Shown here: positions 8,709 through 17,964 of the stretch, piece by piece | Layout of the letters: every line of letters starts with the position of its first letter | How positions within the stretch are numbered: position 1 is the first letter of the stretch | Virus record (IMG/VR): IMGVR_UViG_3300032243_000596 | Span: 10,265-74,264 of that record | Length of the DNA: 64,000 nucleotides | Source of the DNA: a virus | Taxonomy: Duplodnaviria > Caudoviricetes | Reading direction: 5' to 3' (one strand) | The notes under the pieces: generated by a model | Seen by the model: only the letters and a program-made list of their open reading frames with translations | The model's database searches: none | What the model was told of the DNA's origin: nothing | Made by a program: the position numbers and the translations under genes

Positions 8709-8954
8709 TTATGGCACCAGCAACCAGCCTTGGCCGGAGATTCTATGATACCAGCAGTAAAAAGGTTCATCGATAGTCAATACACCATTGCTGGTCAGGT
8801 GTGTATATTTAGGCAGTATTTCTATTTCGTCAATTGTTACTGTATTTTTAGCATCAAACACCAACAGGTCGTGCAGACCCCGGGTAAACGTTTGATCGTC
8901 TACCCTAACAGTCAATTGGGGATCAGTAGCCTGCAGATCTGAAAGCGTTTTCAT
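8709..8954 (-). CDS. hypothetical protein
   Basis: 81-aa ORF overlapping the end of the radical SAM gene. Confidence 0.6.
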   Translation of the reverse strand: MKTLSDLQATDPQLTVRVDDQTFTRGLHDLLVFDAKNTVTIDEIEILPKYTHLTSNGVLTIDEPFYCWYHRISGQGWLLVP

Positions 8955-10197
8955 ATTCGGGCAAATAATCTAGTACAGAATTTTTCCTGCTGGATTCCAT
9001 TAATTTTAAGTAGTCGACCAGATCCGGAAGCAAGTGGCTGAGATCCGGTTCTTGTTCTAAATAGGCAATATAACTAGCTGCATCTTGTAATATCTGTTGA
9101 CGGCTATAATTAGAATTACGGTGATTTACAATTTGTTCTGTCACCGTAATCTGATGTCCCTGCAACCAGGTTTTTAATTGTTCAATAACCTGTTCACGTA
9201 ACTCTACTGGCAATACAGCAGGCTTCATATATTCGGGATGGCTGATAAAGTTACAACTTTCAATGGCAATATTATATCTATAAGCATAGTCATAAACTGT
9301 GTGCAAATGCAGTATAGACAGTACATTAGGAGTAACTCTCAATTGCAAAAGCCATTTGTTTTGCTGGCCTATCCTAATCCAACGCTCAAGTGTTTTTTGA
9401 ACCGCGCCAATCTCACTGGGCCAACGTATATAATCGTTTGCAGGATCAAAACACTCTATGCTCATACCCAAATTCACACCGCCAAACTTTGTTAATAAAT
9501 CTACAACTTCCTCGTCCCATACAGTCAGTCCTGTAGTAAATCCTATGGTAATATGTGCTGCAATACCTTGTTCTACTAAAATTCTAAGAATAACTTTAAA
9601 TGCTGGTGTTATTATTGTTTCACCACCAATAAAATGAATGTACTTGGTTTTGGGGCTTGATTTAAGTGCCTGTATAAACTTGTCCAATAATACAGGATCT
9701 TCACACCAACTGACTTTAGGAATTTTTTCTATTATTTTTAAACGATGCCATTCGGCAGCAAGTCTGGAACTGTACAAGGGGTGGCAAAATAAACAGGCAC
9801 TGTTACAGTAATTACCAAGATCAATTTGCCAATCTTGTACTCCAATATCAGCTGACGGATCAAGAAATGTATCAAACCAAGGACTGCTCAGTAGACTCTT
9901 ATCAAAATACTCTAAACGAACTCCGGTCTTCAATAGTTGTTTTTGCCTGCCACTGATCTTGCCGTACTTTTCCATTTTATAGCAGTCGCTACATCCTGCT
10001 GTTGCACGGCCCGATGTCATAGCAGTTCTAATTTCTGCCATTTCATTTTTAAAATAGTCCAGCGGGTCAATATTTCTAATATTGACTGGTGCGGGTCTAC
10101 TGTCACGCTCTAACCATCTACAATATTCATATTCCCCGACGTTGTTAATACGCATATGGAACCAAGGGCTGGGGCAAAAATATTGTTTAAGGCTCAT
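8923..10197 (-). CDS. radical SAM protein with N-terminal Cys-rich (twitch-like) region
   Basis: CNSACLFC (CxxxCxxC), FIGGET; N-terminal CPSPW...YCRW...CSDC. Confidence 0.85.
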   Translation of the reverse strand: MSLKQYFCPSPWFHMRINNVGEYEYCRWLERDSRPAPVNIRNIDPLDYFKNEMAEIRTAMTSGRATAGCSDCYKMEKYGKISGRQKQLLKTGVRLEYFDKSLLSSPWFDTFLDPSADIGVQDWQIDLGNYCNSACLFCHPLYSSRLAAEWHRLKIIEKIPKVSWCEDPVLLDKFIQALKSSPKTKYIHFIGGETIITPAFKVILRILVEQGIAAHITIGFTTGLTVWDEEVVDLLTKFGGVNLGMSIECFDPANDYIRWPSEIGAVQKTLERWIRIGQQNKWLLQLRVTPNVLSILHLHTVYDYAYRYNIAIESCNFISHPEYMKPAVLPVELREQVIEQLKTWLQGHQITVTEQIVNHRNSNYSRQQILQDAASYIAYLEQEPDLSHLLPDLVDYLKLMESSRKNSVLDYLPEYENAFRSAGY

Positions 10198-10784
10198 CGT
10201 TTGCGTACAATCTCATCTGCCAGTCCATAAGTCACTGCTTCTTCTGCACTCATAAAATAATCACGTTCCATATCTGTACTTAGTTCGTCGAATGTTTTAC
10301 CAGCCGAATTATGGTCCACGTAGATCTGTGTTAAGGTCTGTTTCATTTTAAGAATTTCTCTCACTTGAATTTCCATATCTGTAGCCTGGCCACCGGCGCC
10401 GCCGCTGGGTTGATGGATCATATGACGGGCATTGGGTAATATGAGCCTTTTACCTTTGGCTCCTGCGGTGGCAAGTAAACTGCCCATACTACAGGCCTGG
10501 CCCATAACAATGGTGCTGACATCAGGCTTGATAAACTGCATTGTGTCGTAAATGGCCATACCAGCAGTAACAACTCCGCCTGGACTATTGATATAGAATA
10601 AAATATCAGCGTCGGGGTTTTCACTTTCTAAAAATAGCATCTGTGCTACTACAAGACTGGCTGAATGTTCATTGACATCAGTGTCCAACATTACAATGCG
10701 GTCTTTGAGCAAACGACTATAAATGTCGTAAGCACGTTCGCCGTTGCTGGTTTTTTCTAGTACGGTTGGTACAAAGTTTGGCAT
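10194..10784 (-). CDS. clpP: ATP-dependent Clp protease proteolytic subunit
   Basis: [26 protein letters not shown] (catalytic Ser), MIHQP (His), [11 protein letters not shown]. Confidence 0.97.
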   Translation of the reverse strand: MPNFVPTVLEKTSNGERAYDIYSRLLKDRIVMLDTDVNEHSASLVVAQMLFLESENPDADILFYINSPGGVVTAGMAIYDTMQFIKPDVSTIVMGQACSMGSLLATAGAKGKRLILPNARHMIHQPSGGAGGQATDMEIQVREILKMKQTLTQIYVDHNSAGKTFDELSTDMERDYFMSAEEAVTYGLADEIVRKR

Positions 10785-10801
10785 AATTTCTCCTATGTTA
10801 C

Positions 10802-10830
10802 ATTATACAGGAGAAAGTGACTCAGGTCAA
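10802..10830 (-). promoter_or_regulatory. sigma70-type promoter of clpP
   Basis: TTGACC-17-TATAAT followed by AGGAGA RBS. Confidence 0.8.
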
Positions 10831-11354
10831 CACTTGTGAAAATCCTGATGTTTGAACCAACGCCGTTGTCCAAAAGATATTTTCAAGTTTAGATCGTAAT
10901 ATTCAAAACGTTCACGCCACATATAAAAACTGGGACCGTGAGCGCCTGACTTTTCATACATAGGCCGGCCATAGTGTCCAAAGTGTTCCCAACGATAAAT
11001 GTCCCACTGATATTGATGCACCATTTCGTGCGCCATAGTGTTCATAAACCACTGGGGACAAAACCATTTGTCCATCAAGTTAATGCGACACCAAGTGCCG
11101 TTTTTCTTTTCTTTCAGCCAATTGCAGTAGCCCCAGGCCTTGCGAAGTGTGCCCTGTGTAATTTCTGGCTGCTTCAAGGCGCTGTCAAATATGTATCGGT
11201 TAATTATGTTGTAGGCGTAGGTAACGTCTGCGTCACTGGGCCTAAAGCTCTTACGTCTCTGACTCGTTATGCTGGGCAACGGTTCAGCCATTATTGCTCG
11301 TATTGGGTTGGATCTGGCCACAAAAAAGCCCTCGCTGTGGTATTTAACTACCAC
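10827..11354 (-). CDS. SprT-like zinc metalloprotease
   Basis: TMAHEMVHQYQ (HExxH) and HGPSF; start may be MAEPLP at 11291. Confidence 0.75.
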   Translation of the reverse strand: MVVKYHSEGFFVARSNPIRAIMAEPLPSITSQRRKSFRPSDADVTYAYNIINRYIFDSALKQPEITQGTLRKAWGYCNWLKEKKNGTWCRINLMDKWFCPQWFMNTMAHEMVHQYQWDIYRWEHFGHYGRPMYEKSGAHGPSFYMWRERFEYYDLNLKISFGQRRWFKHQDFHKC

Positions 11355-11380
11355 GCAAGGGCTTATAAACTTAGCAGTTA

Positions 11381-12184
11381 TTAGTTAGATTGAATTACTG
11401 TTTTACCCACTACCAGCTCAGATCCAGACTTGAGAGCGTCGGCAGATGCCTTGTTGATGGCGCGAAGACGTGCTTCATCTGCTGTTTTGAACTCAGTGTA
11501 GTCTGTGTCCGATTTGCTCTGTGGACCAGCTGACGCTGGGGGTGCTGTTTCAGTGCGTGGACCGATTTCCTGTTTTATTTTGGCATCAGCACGTTCGGCT
11601 GTGTCACGCTCTCGCTCGTTGACTCGTTCCAAGTCCTGCTGTGAACGGGCTGCACGTAGCTCAGTTTCACGCTTTAAACGAGTCTGTTCACGCTCTTTAC
11701 GCAAAGGATTATTTTCTGCCAAGGGGTAACGAAGCAGTACATAGACCTTATAAGTGCGGCCATCAAACACCGATTGACTGTCCACACGCTGTGCGCCGAT
11801 AAGTTCGCCATCTGCTGTTTTGTTGACAGTGACTTCTGTGCGCTCACTCATAGCGTCACCTGTGTCTAGCCTAAAACTCTTGGTATTGCTACGCACACGG
11901 GCAGTCATCATTTCTACCAATTTGCGTTCAGCCTGTAGGCGTGCCTTGTCGTAGGCCATTTGCTCGTCCACACTGGTAGCGGTGGCCGCACTAAACAACA
12001 TATATGGAGTATCGTCGGGCAAGCGAACGAACCACGTGGGTGCGGCGCCGGGTTTAACAGGTTCAGCCTGTTTCATAGCATAAGGATGCGGAGCCGGAGC
12101 TACCTTTTCATCGGATCCAAACCAGCCAGCATTGGCAGTAAGGGCCACAGAGAGTGCAACAAGTGCAGAAAGATTGCGTTTCAT
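11381..12184 (-). CDS. secreted/periplasmic protein (LPP20-like plus coiled coil)
   Basis: Signal peptide; PTWF...AYDKARLQAERKL pattern. Confidence 0.65.
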   Translation of the reverse strand: MKRNLSALVALSVALTANAGWFGSDEKVAPAPHPYAMKQAEPVKPGAAPTWFVRLPDDTPYMLFSAATATSVDEQMAYDKARLQAERKLVEMMTARVRSNTKSFRLDTGDAMSERTEVTVNKTADGELIGAQRVDSQSVFDGRTYKVYVLLRYPLAENNPLRKEREQTRLKRETELRAARSQQDLERVNERERDTAERADAKIKQEIGPRTETAPPASAGPQSKSDTDYTEFKTADEARLRAINKASADALKSGSELVVGKTVIQSN

Positions 12185-12213
12185 AAAAACCTCATCTAGT
12201 TAATGATGTGTAT

Positions 12214-12242
12214 ATTATACACGATTGATTAAAATTTGTCAA
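12214..12242 (-). promoter_or_regulatory. sigma70-type promoter
   Basis: TTGACA-17-TATAAT. Confidence 0.85.
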
Positions 12243-12876
12243 CTACTTGCCAAACATTTGATTGTATTTGACAAGCAATGACCGTAAATTGAGCCACATC
12301 TTTAAACCAGCGACAGGTCGTTTGGTTATAAGTCAAGGCCGGCAGTCGAATAGGTAGCAAATGTTCTTCCCTAACAACCTCACCTAACCGAACCTGTCGG
12401 AGCTCAATTCCAGGTTCTTCAATCCTCACAGATTTTCTGTAAGTTTCGATATGTCCGTTGGGCATTGCTGTTGTGCGCGATTCGAATCGTTCTTGGAATC
12501 GCTCAGGCAATGTCTGCGGATTAAAGCGAGCATCACTGACCCCCACCGGTCCTGAGTAAGTGCCCGGGCAGTAAGTTCGTATGGACCACATTTTGACACG
12601 AGCCACATTATTAAGTCTGCGCTGTTCCTGTGGCAACTGTTCAGGTTGCTGCGGGCTACGACCCACACGACTTTCTAACACGGTCATAATGTATTCTTTG
12701 TTGGTACAGTCAATCCCGATGTTGGCAATTTGCTCATAATTTAATTGCGCGACGGCAGGATGACTGTTAACTTGGTATACAGTAATTGTGGGTCCAGTGG
12801 CAGGTGGTGGAGCGGGAGGCAAGCTGGTACAGGCCATCAACTGACAAAAGAATGAACCAACAAATAGTGGTGTCAT
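12229..12876 (-). CDS. putative lipoprotein
   Basis: Start placed at MTPLFVGSFFCQLMAC (lipobox-like), just after the upstream stop. Confidence 0.55.
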   Translation of the reverse strand: MTPLFVGSFFCQLMACTSLPPAPPPATGPTITVYQVNSHPAVAQLNYEQIANIGIDCTNKEYIMTVLESRVGRSPQQPEQLPQEQRRLNNVARVKMWSIRTYCPGTYSGPVGVSDARFNPQTLPERFQERFESRTTAMPNGHIETYRKSVRIEEPGIELRQVRLGEVVREEHLLPIRLPALTYNQTTCRWFKDVAQFTVIACQIQSNVWQVVDKF

Positions 12877-12877
12877 T

Positions 12878-13039
12878 TTACTTGCGAGTTTTGTAGCCCA
12901 CAAGTGTTTGCTTGATCGCGGACCCTGCGGTCTTGGGATCCACGCTGGCGTTACGAATAACATAGCGTATGGCCTCCTCGGTACTGAGTTGAAGATGAAA
13001 AATAGCCGTATTGGCTGCGTTTAGTGCATAGTCGCTCAT
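12878..13039 (-). CDS. hypothetical protein
   Basis: MSDYALN start preceded by GAGGAG. Confidence 0.6.
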   Translation of the reverse strand: MSDYALNAANTAIFHLQLSTEEAIRYVIRNASVDPKTAGSAIKQTLVGYKTRK

Positions 13040-13075
13040 ATCGTTCTCCTCGGTTGAAAAATTATTAATCATTGA

Positions 13076-13450
13076 TTACCAGCTGGAATTATAAAAAACT
13101 TTTAGTCCACTGAACAATTCTGTTCGTGCTTTTTTAATAAACTCTAGATCTTGTTCTCGATAATGATCATCTGCCCCATCACCAAAGAAGAATCCCTGGG
13201 TAGAAGGCAATTTACCTTTGTTAATATCCTGTTCAAGTTCGTCAATATCTTGCCAATCAAGTTCTAGCTCGATACCATTGAATGTGTGCTGTTCAGGGTC
13301 ACGGCCTTCTGCTTGCATTTTGTATCGCCACAACTGTTCCATCCAACCGTGTAGGTTAGGGTGCTTACGCCAGTAGGCAATTTCACGTTGTTCTGTTTCC
13401 CAGTCTGCCTCTGGCTTGGTGGCAGTATATGCGTACATATCCAAACCCAT
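13076..13450 (-). CDS. conserved phage hypothetical protein
   Basis: MGLDMYAY...YWRKHPNLHGWM...FFFG...YNSSW pattern. Confidence 0.8.
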   Translation of the reverse strand: MGLDMYAYTATKPEADWETEQREIAYWRKHPNLHGWMEQLWRYKMQAEGRDPEQHTFNGIELELDWQDIDELEQDINKGKLPSTQGFFFGDGADDHYREQDLEFIKKARTELFSGLKVFYNSSW

Positions 13451-13451
13451 T

Positions 13452-13676
13452 TTATTTTCCCAGGGTAAATTGTTTCAACAAGGACTGTGCTTGGGACATA
13501 TCCTCAACTTGATCAAGCAACTCTGCTTCTTGTTCTAAGATCTCTCGACGAGCAGTACGGATCAATTCCATAGCATACTGCAACTCATCGTCTGCGGCTT
13601 GGTCTGCCCAATCATCAAACTCCTGTTGACTGCCATTAATGAAAAAATTCAAGTTATCTCGATCGAAGTCATTCAT
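13452..13676 (-). CDS. hypothetical protein
   Basis: 74-aa ORF with GGAG RBS. Confidence 0.7.
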   Translation of the reverse strand: MNDFDRDNLNFFINGSQQEFDDWADQAADDELQYAMELIRTARREILEQEAELLDQVEDMSQAQSLLKQFTLGK

Positions 13677-13688
13677 TGCATATACTCC

Positions 13689-13904
13689 TTAAACGTAAAA
13701 ATCTGATTTAAAACCGCAGGCATCGTAAACAATTTCACGAACCATAGTGTCTGTAGCCTCACCATAAGTGGGCTCCTTGGCCAATTGACAAAGTAAACTG
13801 TAAGTCTCAGGCCAAGTAAGGCGTTTGATCTTTGCGTTGTCAACGATCTCAGCGATCAGGTCGTTACCCACATCGCTAAACATACCAAAATATTGATCTG
13901 TCAT
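13689..13904 (-). CDS. hypothetical protein
   Basis: 71-aa ORF with AAGGA RBS. Confidence 0.7.
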   Translation of the reverse strand: MTDQYFGMFSDVGNDLIAEIVDNAKIKRLTWPETYSLLCQLAKEPTYGEATDTMVREIVYDACGFKSDFYV

Positions 13905-13922
13905 TTTCAGTATCCTTTTCTA

Positions 13923-14201
13923 TTACATTGACCAAAAAGTTTCGCTGGCAGGACTGCAACAATTTGGGGTGTTGACATCTTCCAGAAATTCTTGCCCTGT
14001 CATTAAGTTTGTACGGGTGACCATCTTGGGTTTGTAATACTTGGTGTCAATAATGCTGAGTTCGGAAACATTGTAACCTGCTTTATTGCACAAACGAGTT
14101 CTGGTGGCACGAGCGGCACCAAAAGTTTTATATGCACGAGTACGATTTGGGCCATCTGTAACGATATATCCAGTGCCCTTGGCAACAATATAAAAGCTCA
14201 T
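13923..14201 (-). CDS. hypothetical protein
   Basis: Start placed at MSFYIV after AAGGAG. Confidence 0.7.
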   Translation of the reverse strand: MSFYIVAKGTGYIVTDGPNRTRAYKTFGAARATRTRLCNKAGYNVSELSIIDTKYYKPKMVTRTNLMTGQEFLEDVNTPNCCSPASETFWSM

Positions 14202-14203
14202 TT

Positions 14204-14240
14204 CCAACTCCTTTTTAGTTACAATACAAGTATTATACAA
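14204..14240. repeat. 37-bp direct repeat, copy 1 (-10 box, leader and RBS)
   Basis: ccaactcctttttagttacaatacaagtattatacaa, identical to 14551-14587. Confidence 0.9.
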
Positions 14241-14300
14241 TAAATGCCATTTTTGGTCAACCAAAAATTAGTAGTACCTAAGTACTACTTTTAGTACTCC
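14232..14300 (-). promoter_or_regulatory. sigma70-type promoter with upstream GTAnTAC array
   Basis: TTGACC-17-TATAAT; AGTAGTAC-ctaa-GTACTACT at 14270-14289. Confidence 0.75.
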
Positions 14301-14548
14301 AAAACCAAGTTAGAATCAATGCTCAATAACTCGCGAGCACAAGCATACAAGAATGTACTCTTGCGTACCAAGGCCGCACCACGCACTTCACCATCGCAGG
14401 TCAAGTTTTCTGGGCTAAGGTCCGACTCTAGCAAGTCAGCAATACGCTGGCGATCGCCAGTAGTTTCCAAAGTGAGTGGTTTATAACCAAAGATTGCATT
14501 CCACTCGTTTTTTTGTTTGACATACTGTTCTATAGTGCTGATGTTCAT
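14291..14548 (-). CDS. hypothetical protein
   Basis: Start placed at MNISTIE after AAGGAG; LSPENLTCDGE motif. Confidence 0.7.
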   Translation of the reverse strand: MNISTIEQYVKQKNEWNAIFGYKPLTLETTGDRQRIADLLESDLSPENLTCDGEVRGAALVRKSTFLYACARELLSIDSNLVLEY

Positions 14549-14550
14549 CG

Positions 14551-14587
14551 CCAACTCCTTTTTAGTTACAATACAAGTATTATACAA
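14551..14587. repeat. 37-bp direct repeat, copy 2
   Basis: Identical to 14204-14240. Confidence 0.9.
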
Positions 14588-14625
14588 CCAAAATGAATTT
14601 TGAGCAAGTACTACTAAGGTATTAC
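14579..14625 (-). promoter_or_regulatory. sigma70-type promoter with upstream GTAnTAC pair
   Basis: TTGCTC-17-TATAAT; heptads at 14608 and 14619. Confidence 0.7.
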
Positions 14626-15413
14626 TAAAACGGAGCCGCGTCTACTTGTATAAACAGATCGTGCAGTTCCTGGCGGCTCAGCTGATCCAAATCTACGTCG
14701 GCGCTCAAGTTGAATCTAATAGGTTTGTAAAACAAGTAGTCGGAACCAAAACTGGCTCTTATGTTGTGTGCCATTATGTGATGAGCCAACAGTTGATGAT
14801 GCGTCTTACCTTCCAAGATTTGATTGTAGAATTGTTTGGTGATTTGTGATCTAGCGTCCAGCACTCTAGCAGAAATTAGATCGTGCGTAAATGAATTAGT
14901 TCTCAAGTAAACATCAACAATTGATGCGTAGCCGCTGGTATTGATCCAAACTGCATTGCCCATACTACTGTCATCCGCTGTGCTTAATTCAAGATCTTGT
15001 AAGGGATAAAAAGGAGTTGGATATGTATCTAAACGAAAATAAATGTCGGGCCTTGTGTCAATGACCTGATCATAGATAAAATCGCCCTGTATTTCTTTTT
15101 CTCTTTTAAGTATATTGCCTACTTTGCTCAAGTAGGCCTTGAGATAGTAGGTATGATTTCGAGCAACGCTTTCTGTGGGTATGATTTTAAAGCTGACCAA
15201 ACGATGTTGTTCATCGAAATATCGTGTAACATCTTGGTCTATGACAGGTCGATATGTGGGATTCCATCTAGACGATGCAATGGTTGTATCCCAAGTTACA
15301 AAATAATAATCTATCTGTTCAGCACGACCAGCAAAAGTCTTAAAAAAATATTTGTGGCTGATGTCCCAGGTCCTGTACTCTCCAGCAACGATGACTGCCA
15401 GTCTTTTTAACAT
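14625..15413 (-). CDS. glycosyltransferase-like hypothetical protein (paralog of the next gene)
   Basis: LAVIVAGEYRT and YDQVIDTRPD. Confidence 0.55.
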   Translation of the reverse strand: MLKRLAVIVAGEYRTWDISHKYFFKTFAGRAEQIDYYFVTWDTTIASSRWNPTYRPVIDQDVTRYFDEQHRLVSFKIIPTESVARNHTYYLKAYLSKVGNILKREKEIQGDFIYDQVIDTRPDIYFRLDTYPTPFYPLQDLELSTADDSSMGNAVWINTSGYASIVDVYLRTNSFTHDLISARVLDARSQITKQFYNQILEGKTHHQLLAHHIMAHNIRASFGSDYLFYKPIRFNLSADVDLDQLSRQELHDLFIQVDAAPF

Positions 15414-16579
15414 ATATGTTCAATCCTTATATCACATTTTACAAATAAATCCATAAGACTAAATTCGTCAGATCTCGTTGGATGTTGTTCTCTAATTTTA
15501 TAAACATTTCCAATTAAACTGAATAAGTCCGGGTGACAATAAAAATTACATTCAGACAAGGGATCATTAGAAACGTAAACAGTATCTAATCTGGCATAAG
15601 GTAACAGTTTAAAAAAATTATCTGGGTGATCCTTGTCGTTTTGAATAAATCGTACCCAATCATATTTTTCATTATTAAAATAACATATTTGATCTATTCT
15701 CAAGGCTGCATAACGTAAACTATCAATTAAAGATTTACCGTTGGCTTCAATGAATATGTTATTGGTTGCAGTAAACTCTGTTATCAAAGTATTATGATAA
15801 ACACTAATAAATTTAGGTCTAGGTCTGGTTTCTGTGTACTCATAACTAGAACCATTGATTTCATCACTACTTAAACTATTCAAATCAACACCCGCCAGTC
15901 CAGGATTGCGTACCACATTGATAAATGCGTAATCCGTAATCTCGATTCTTTTTATATTGTGCGTGACTAACCAGTCAGCGTACCTACTGTGATGATCATA
16001 TTCGTATTGATCAGCAAATGCCAGTCTGGGTCTGAACATTTCTTCTCGATCAAATTTGGATATTCTGTCGGCAACAATATTGTGTGTGGCACTGTCGGTT
16101 CTAATATAACAGTCATCCATAAAAAAGTGTCCGTTTATTGTTTCGATCTTGTGACCCCCGTATTCCAAGGGCCCGCACAAGGGCCAAGCCAAATTTAAAT
16201 CTTGTCGCAAATACATATCGGGTCTGGTTTCTACCACTTGGTCATAGATAAAATGATTCCTACATTCCTCTTCGCGCTTTAATCGGATACCAATTTTAGA
16301 CAGATAGGCCATTCTATAGTATGTGTGTTTTTTGGGTATATCGTCGACTATTTGATAATCAACTAACTTTTCATTGACAAAGTATTTGGTAATGTCATCC
16401 TCAGTTATAGTAACTGGTTCTTGGTAATATCGTGTGTTGTGTCCTCCGGTTACGGCCCAAGTTATGAAATAATAGTCCACGTGGACTGCTTTGGTTTTAA
16501 AAAACTCAAACAGGTATCGGTGCGTGACGGCAAAGGTTCTATATTGCCCCACAAGCATTACGGCTAGTCGATTGATCAT
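15407..16579 (-). CDS. glycosyltransferase-like hypothetical protein
   Basis: LAVMLVGQYRT and YDQVVETRPD; TAAATA 5 nt before the ATG. Confidence 0.55.
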   Translation of the reverse strand: MINRLAVMLVGQYRTFAVTHRYLFEFFKTKAVHVDYYFITWAVTGGHNTRYYQEPVTITEDDITKYFVNEKLVDYQIVDDIPKKHTYYRMAYLSKIGIRLKREEECRNHFIYDQVVETRPDMYLRQDLNLAWPLCGPLEYGGHKIETINGHFFMDDCYIRTDSATHNIVADRISKFDREEMFRPRLAFADQYEYDHHSRYADWLVTHNIKRIEITDYAFINVVRNPGLAGVDLNSLSSDEINGSSYEYTETRPRPKFISVYHNTLITEFTATNNIFIEANGKSLIDSLRYAALRIDQICYFNNEKYDWVRFIQNDKDHPDNFFKLLPYARLDTVYVSNDPLSECNFYCHPDLFSLIGNVYKIREQHPTRSDEFSLMDLFVKCDIRIEHIC

Positions 16580-16594
16580 TTAAATATTTACCGT

Positions 16595-16619
16595 AAAAAG
16601 AAAGGACCCGAAGGTCCTT
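16595..16619 (-). terminator. intrinsic terminator
   Basis: AAGGACC-ttcg-GGTCCTT-TCTTTTT. Confidence 0.85.
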
Positions 16620-16638
16620 ATTGTGGAGTAATTTAAAA

Positions 16639-16908
16639 TTACTTCTTGGCAGTTTTGAAAGCTTCGGTGACTTTGTCAAAAGCCTTGAACCAGTCATACT
16701 TGGCCGCTTCTTGTGTCATCTTGACTGTTTCGCTGGCAACTGTAGTGGCTGTGTCCAGGCCTACTTTGGCAGCTTTTTTAGTGTAATCAGCTTGGGCATC
16801 AATGAACACGATCATTGCGTCTTTTACTTTTTCGTTGGTTACAAATGTGTTAACAAATGTTTTCTTACCTGTTTGGATTAGGTCGATGGTTGCGTCTGGT
16901 GTAAACAT
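16639..16908 (-). CDS. phasin-like amphipathic helical protein
   Basis: Ala/Lys/Thr-rich helical sequence FIDAQADYTKKAAKVGLDTATTVASE; resemblance by composition only. Confidence 0.5.
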   Translation of the reverse strand: MFTPDATIDLIQTGKKTFVNTFVTNEKVKDAMIVFIDAQADYTKKAAKVGLDTATTVASETVKMTQEAAKYDWFKAFDKVTEAFKTAKK

Positions 16909-17071
16909 AATTTCTCCTTAAAAAGCGAGTTTACTATACTGTGGGCCCGCACCGTGCAGCACCCTACTGAGTATTTATTGATTATATGCTCAGCTGGACC
17001 AAATAATCAAGTGTTTTCACTAGTGAGCTGTCACTAATTTTAAAGTCATCAACCGCCAAATAAATATACAT

Positions 17072-17653
17072 ATGAAAAATTATTTTCGATTAAATCTTAC
17101 ATTTAATCCGTTAAACAATAAATTCCAATTCCCACAAGTAGCTAATTTTAATGATGGTCCCTTAAATCGTTGGCAAATATTTTTACCACAAGCAGAAGAA
17201 CTGCTGAGTTCTGAATGTTTGGATTTTATTAGATCTTTGGACTTAGAACCTGATAAGTGTCATTTATTTGGCGGTGGACCTGGATATACTGCGCCGATTC
17301 ATATAGACGGGTACGGAACTGGCCAAGGACCGTTGTGGGCTATTAATTGGATATATGGTGCTGAAAAATCGCAGATGCGCTGGTATAAACCGCTTCAAGC
17401 AGGAATATCAAATTTTACACCAGCGAATACACCACAAGTACTTTTCACAGAAGATGAGCTTGAACTAGTTGACTGTTATCAGTTTGATAAAGATAACCAA
17501 GGGCCTATTCTAGTTCGAACAGATGTACCACATACTGCAATAAATCAAGATTTGAACAATGCAAGATGGTGTTTAAGCGTTAGAGTCAAAAGAACTCGAA
17601 TCAATGATTGGTTTTCCGCAGTGAAAACTTTTAAGCCGTATCTAATTCAATAA
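17072..17653 (+). CDS. cupin/2OG-Fe(II)-like hypothetical protein
   Basis: PIHIDG...RTDVPHTAIN...RWCLSVR (HxD...H...R); TAAATA 5 nt before the ATG. Confidence 0.55.
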   Translation: MKNYFRLNLTFNPLNNKFQFPQVANFNDGPLNRWQIFLPQAEELLSSECLDFIRSLDLEPDKCHLFGGGPGYTAPIHIDGYGTGQGPLWAINWIYGAEKSQMRWYKPLQAGISNFTPANTPQVLFTEDELELVDCYQFDKDNQGPILVRTDVPHTAINQDLNNARWCLSVRVKRTRINDWFSAVKTFKPYLIQ

Positions 17654-17691
17654 GGTTAAATAAAGTATCTATCAATTAAGGAGATATCAAA

Positions 17692-17964
17692 ATGGAAGTT
17701 TTACTAGTAATCGGTTTTATTGTTATTGTTGGTGGTTTAGCGGTTCGCCTAATCAGCACAGCCAATAACAAAACAACGGTGACAGTGTCAGATCCAACAC
17801 CTGTAGCAACTGTGCAAGAAATTGCCAATGCCGCAGAAACCGCACCCGCACCTGCACCTGTGGTAGAAGCTGCACCAGCCAAAAAAACAAGAGCCCCGGC
17901 AAAAGCCAAGGCTCCTGCTACAGCTAAAAAAGCCGCTGCACCAAAGTCTAAAAAATCAGTTTAA
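17692..17964 (+). CDS. small membrane-anchored protein with Ala/Pro/Lys-rich tail
   Basis: N-terminal hydrophobic helix; AAGGAG RBS; TAAATA at 17657-17662. Confidence 0.7.
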   Translation: MEVLLVIGFIVIVGGLAVRLISTANNKTTVTVSDPTPVATVQEIANAAETAPAPAPVVEAAPAKKTRAPAKAKAPATAKKAAAPKSKKSV

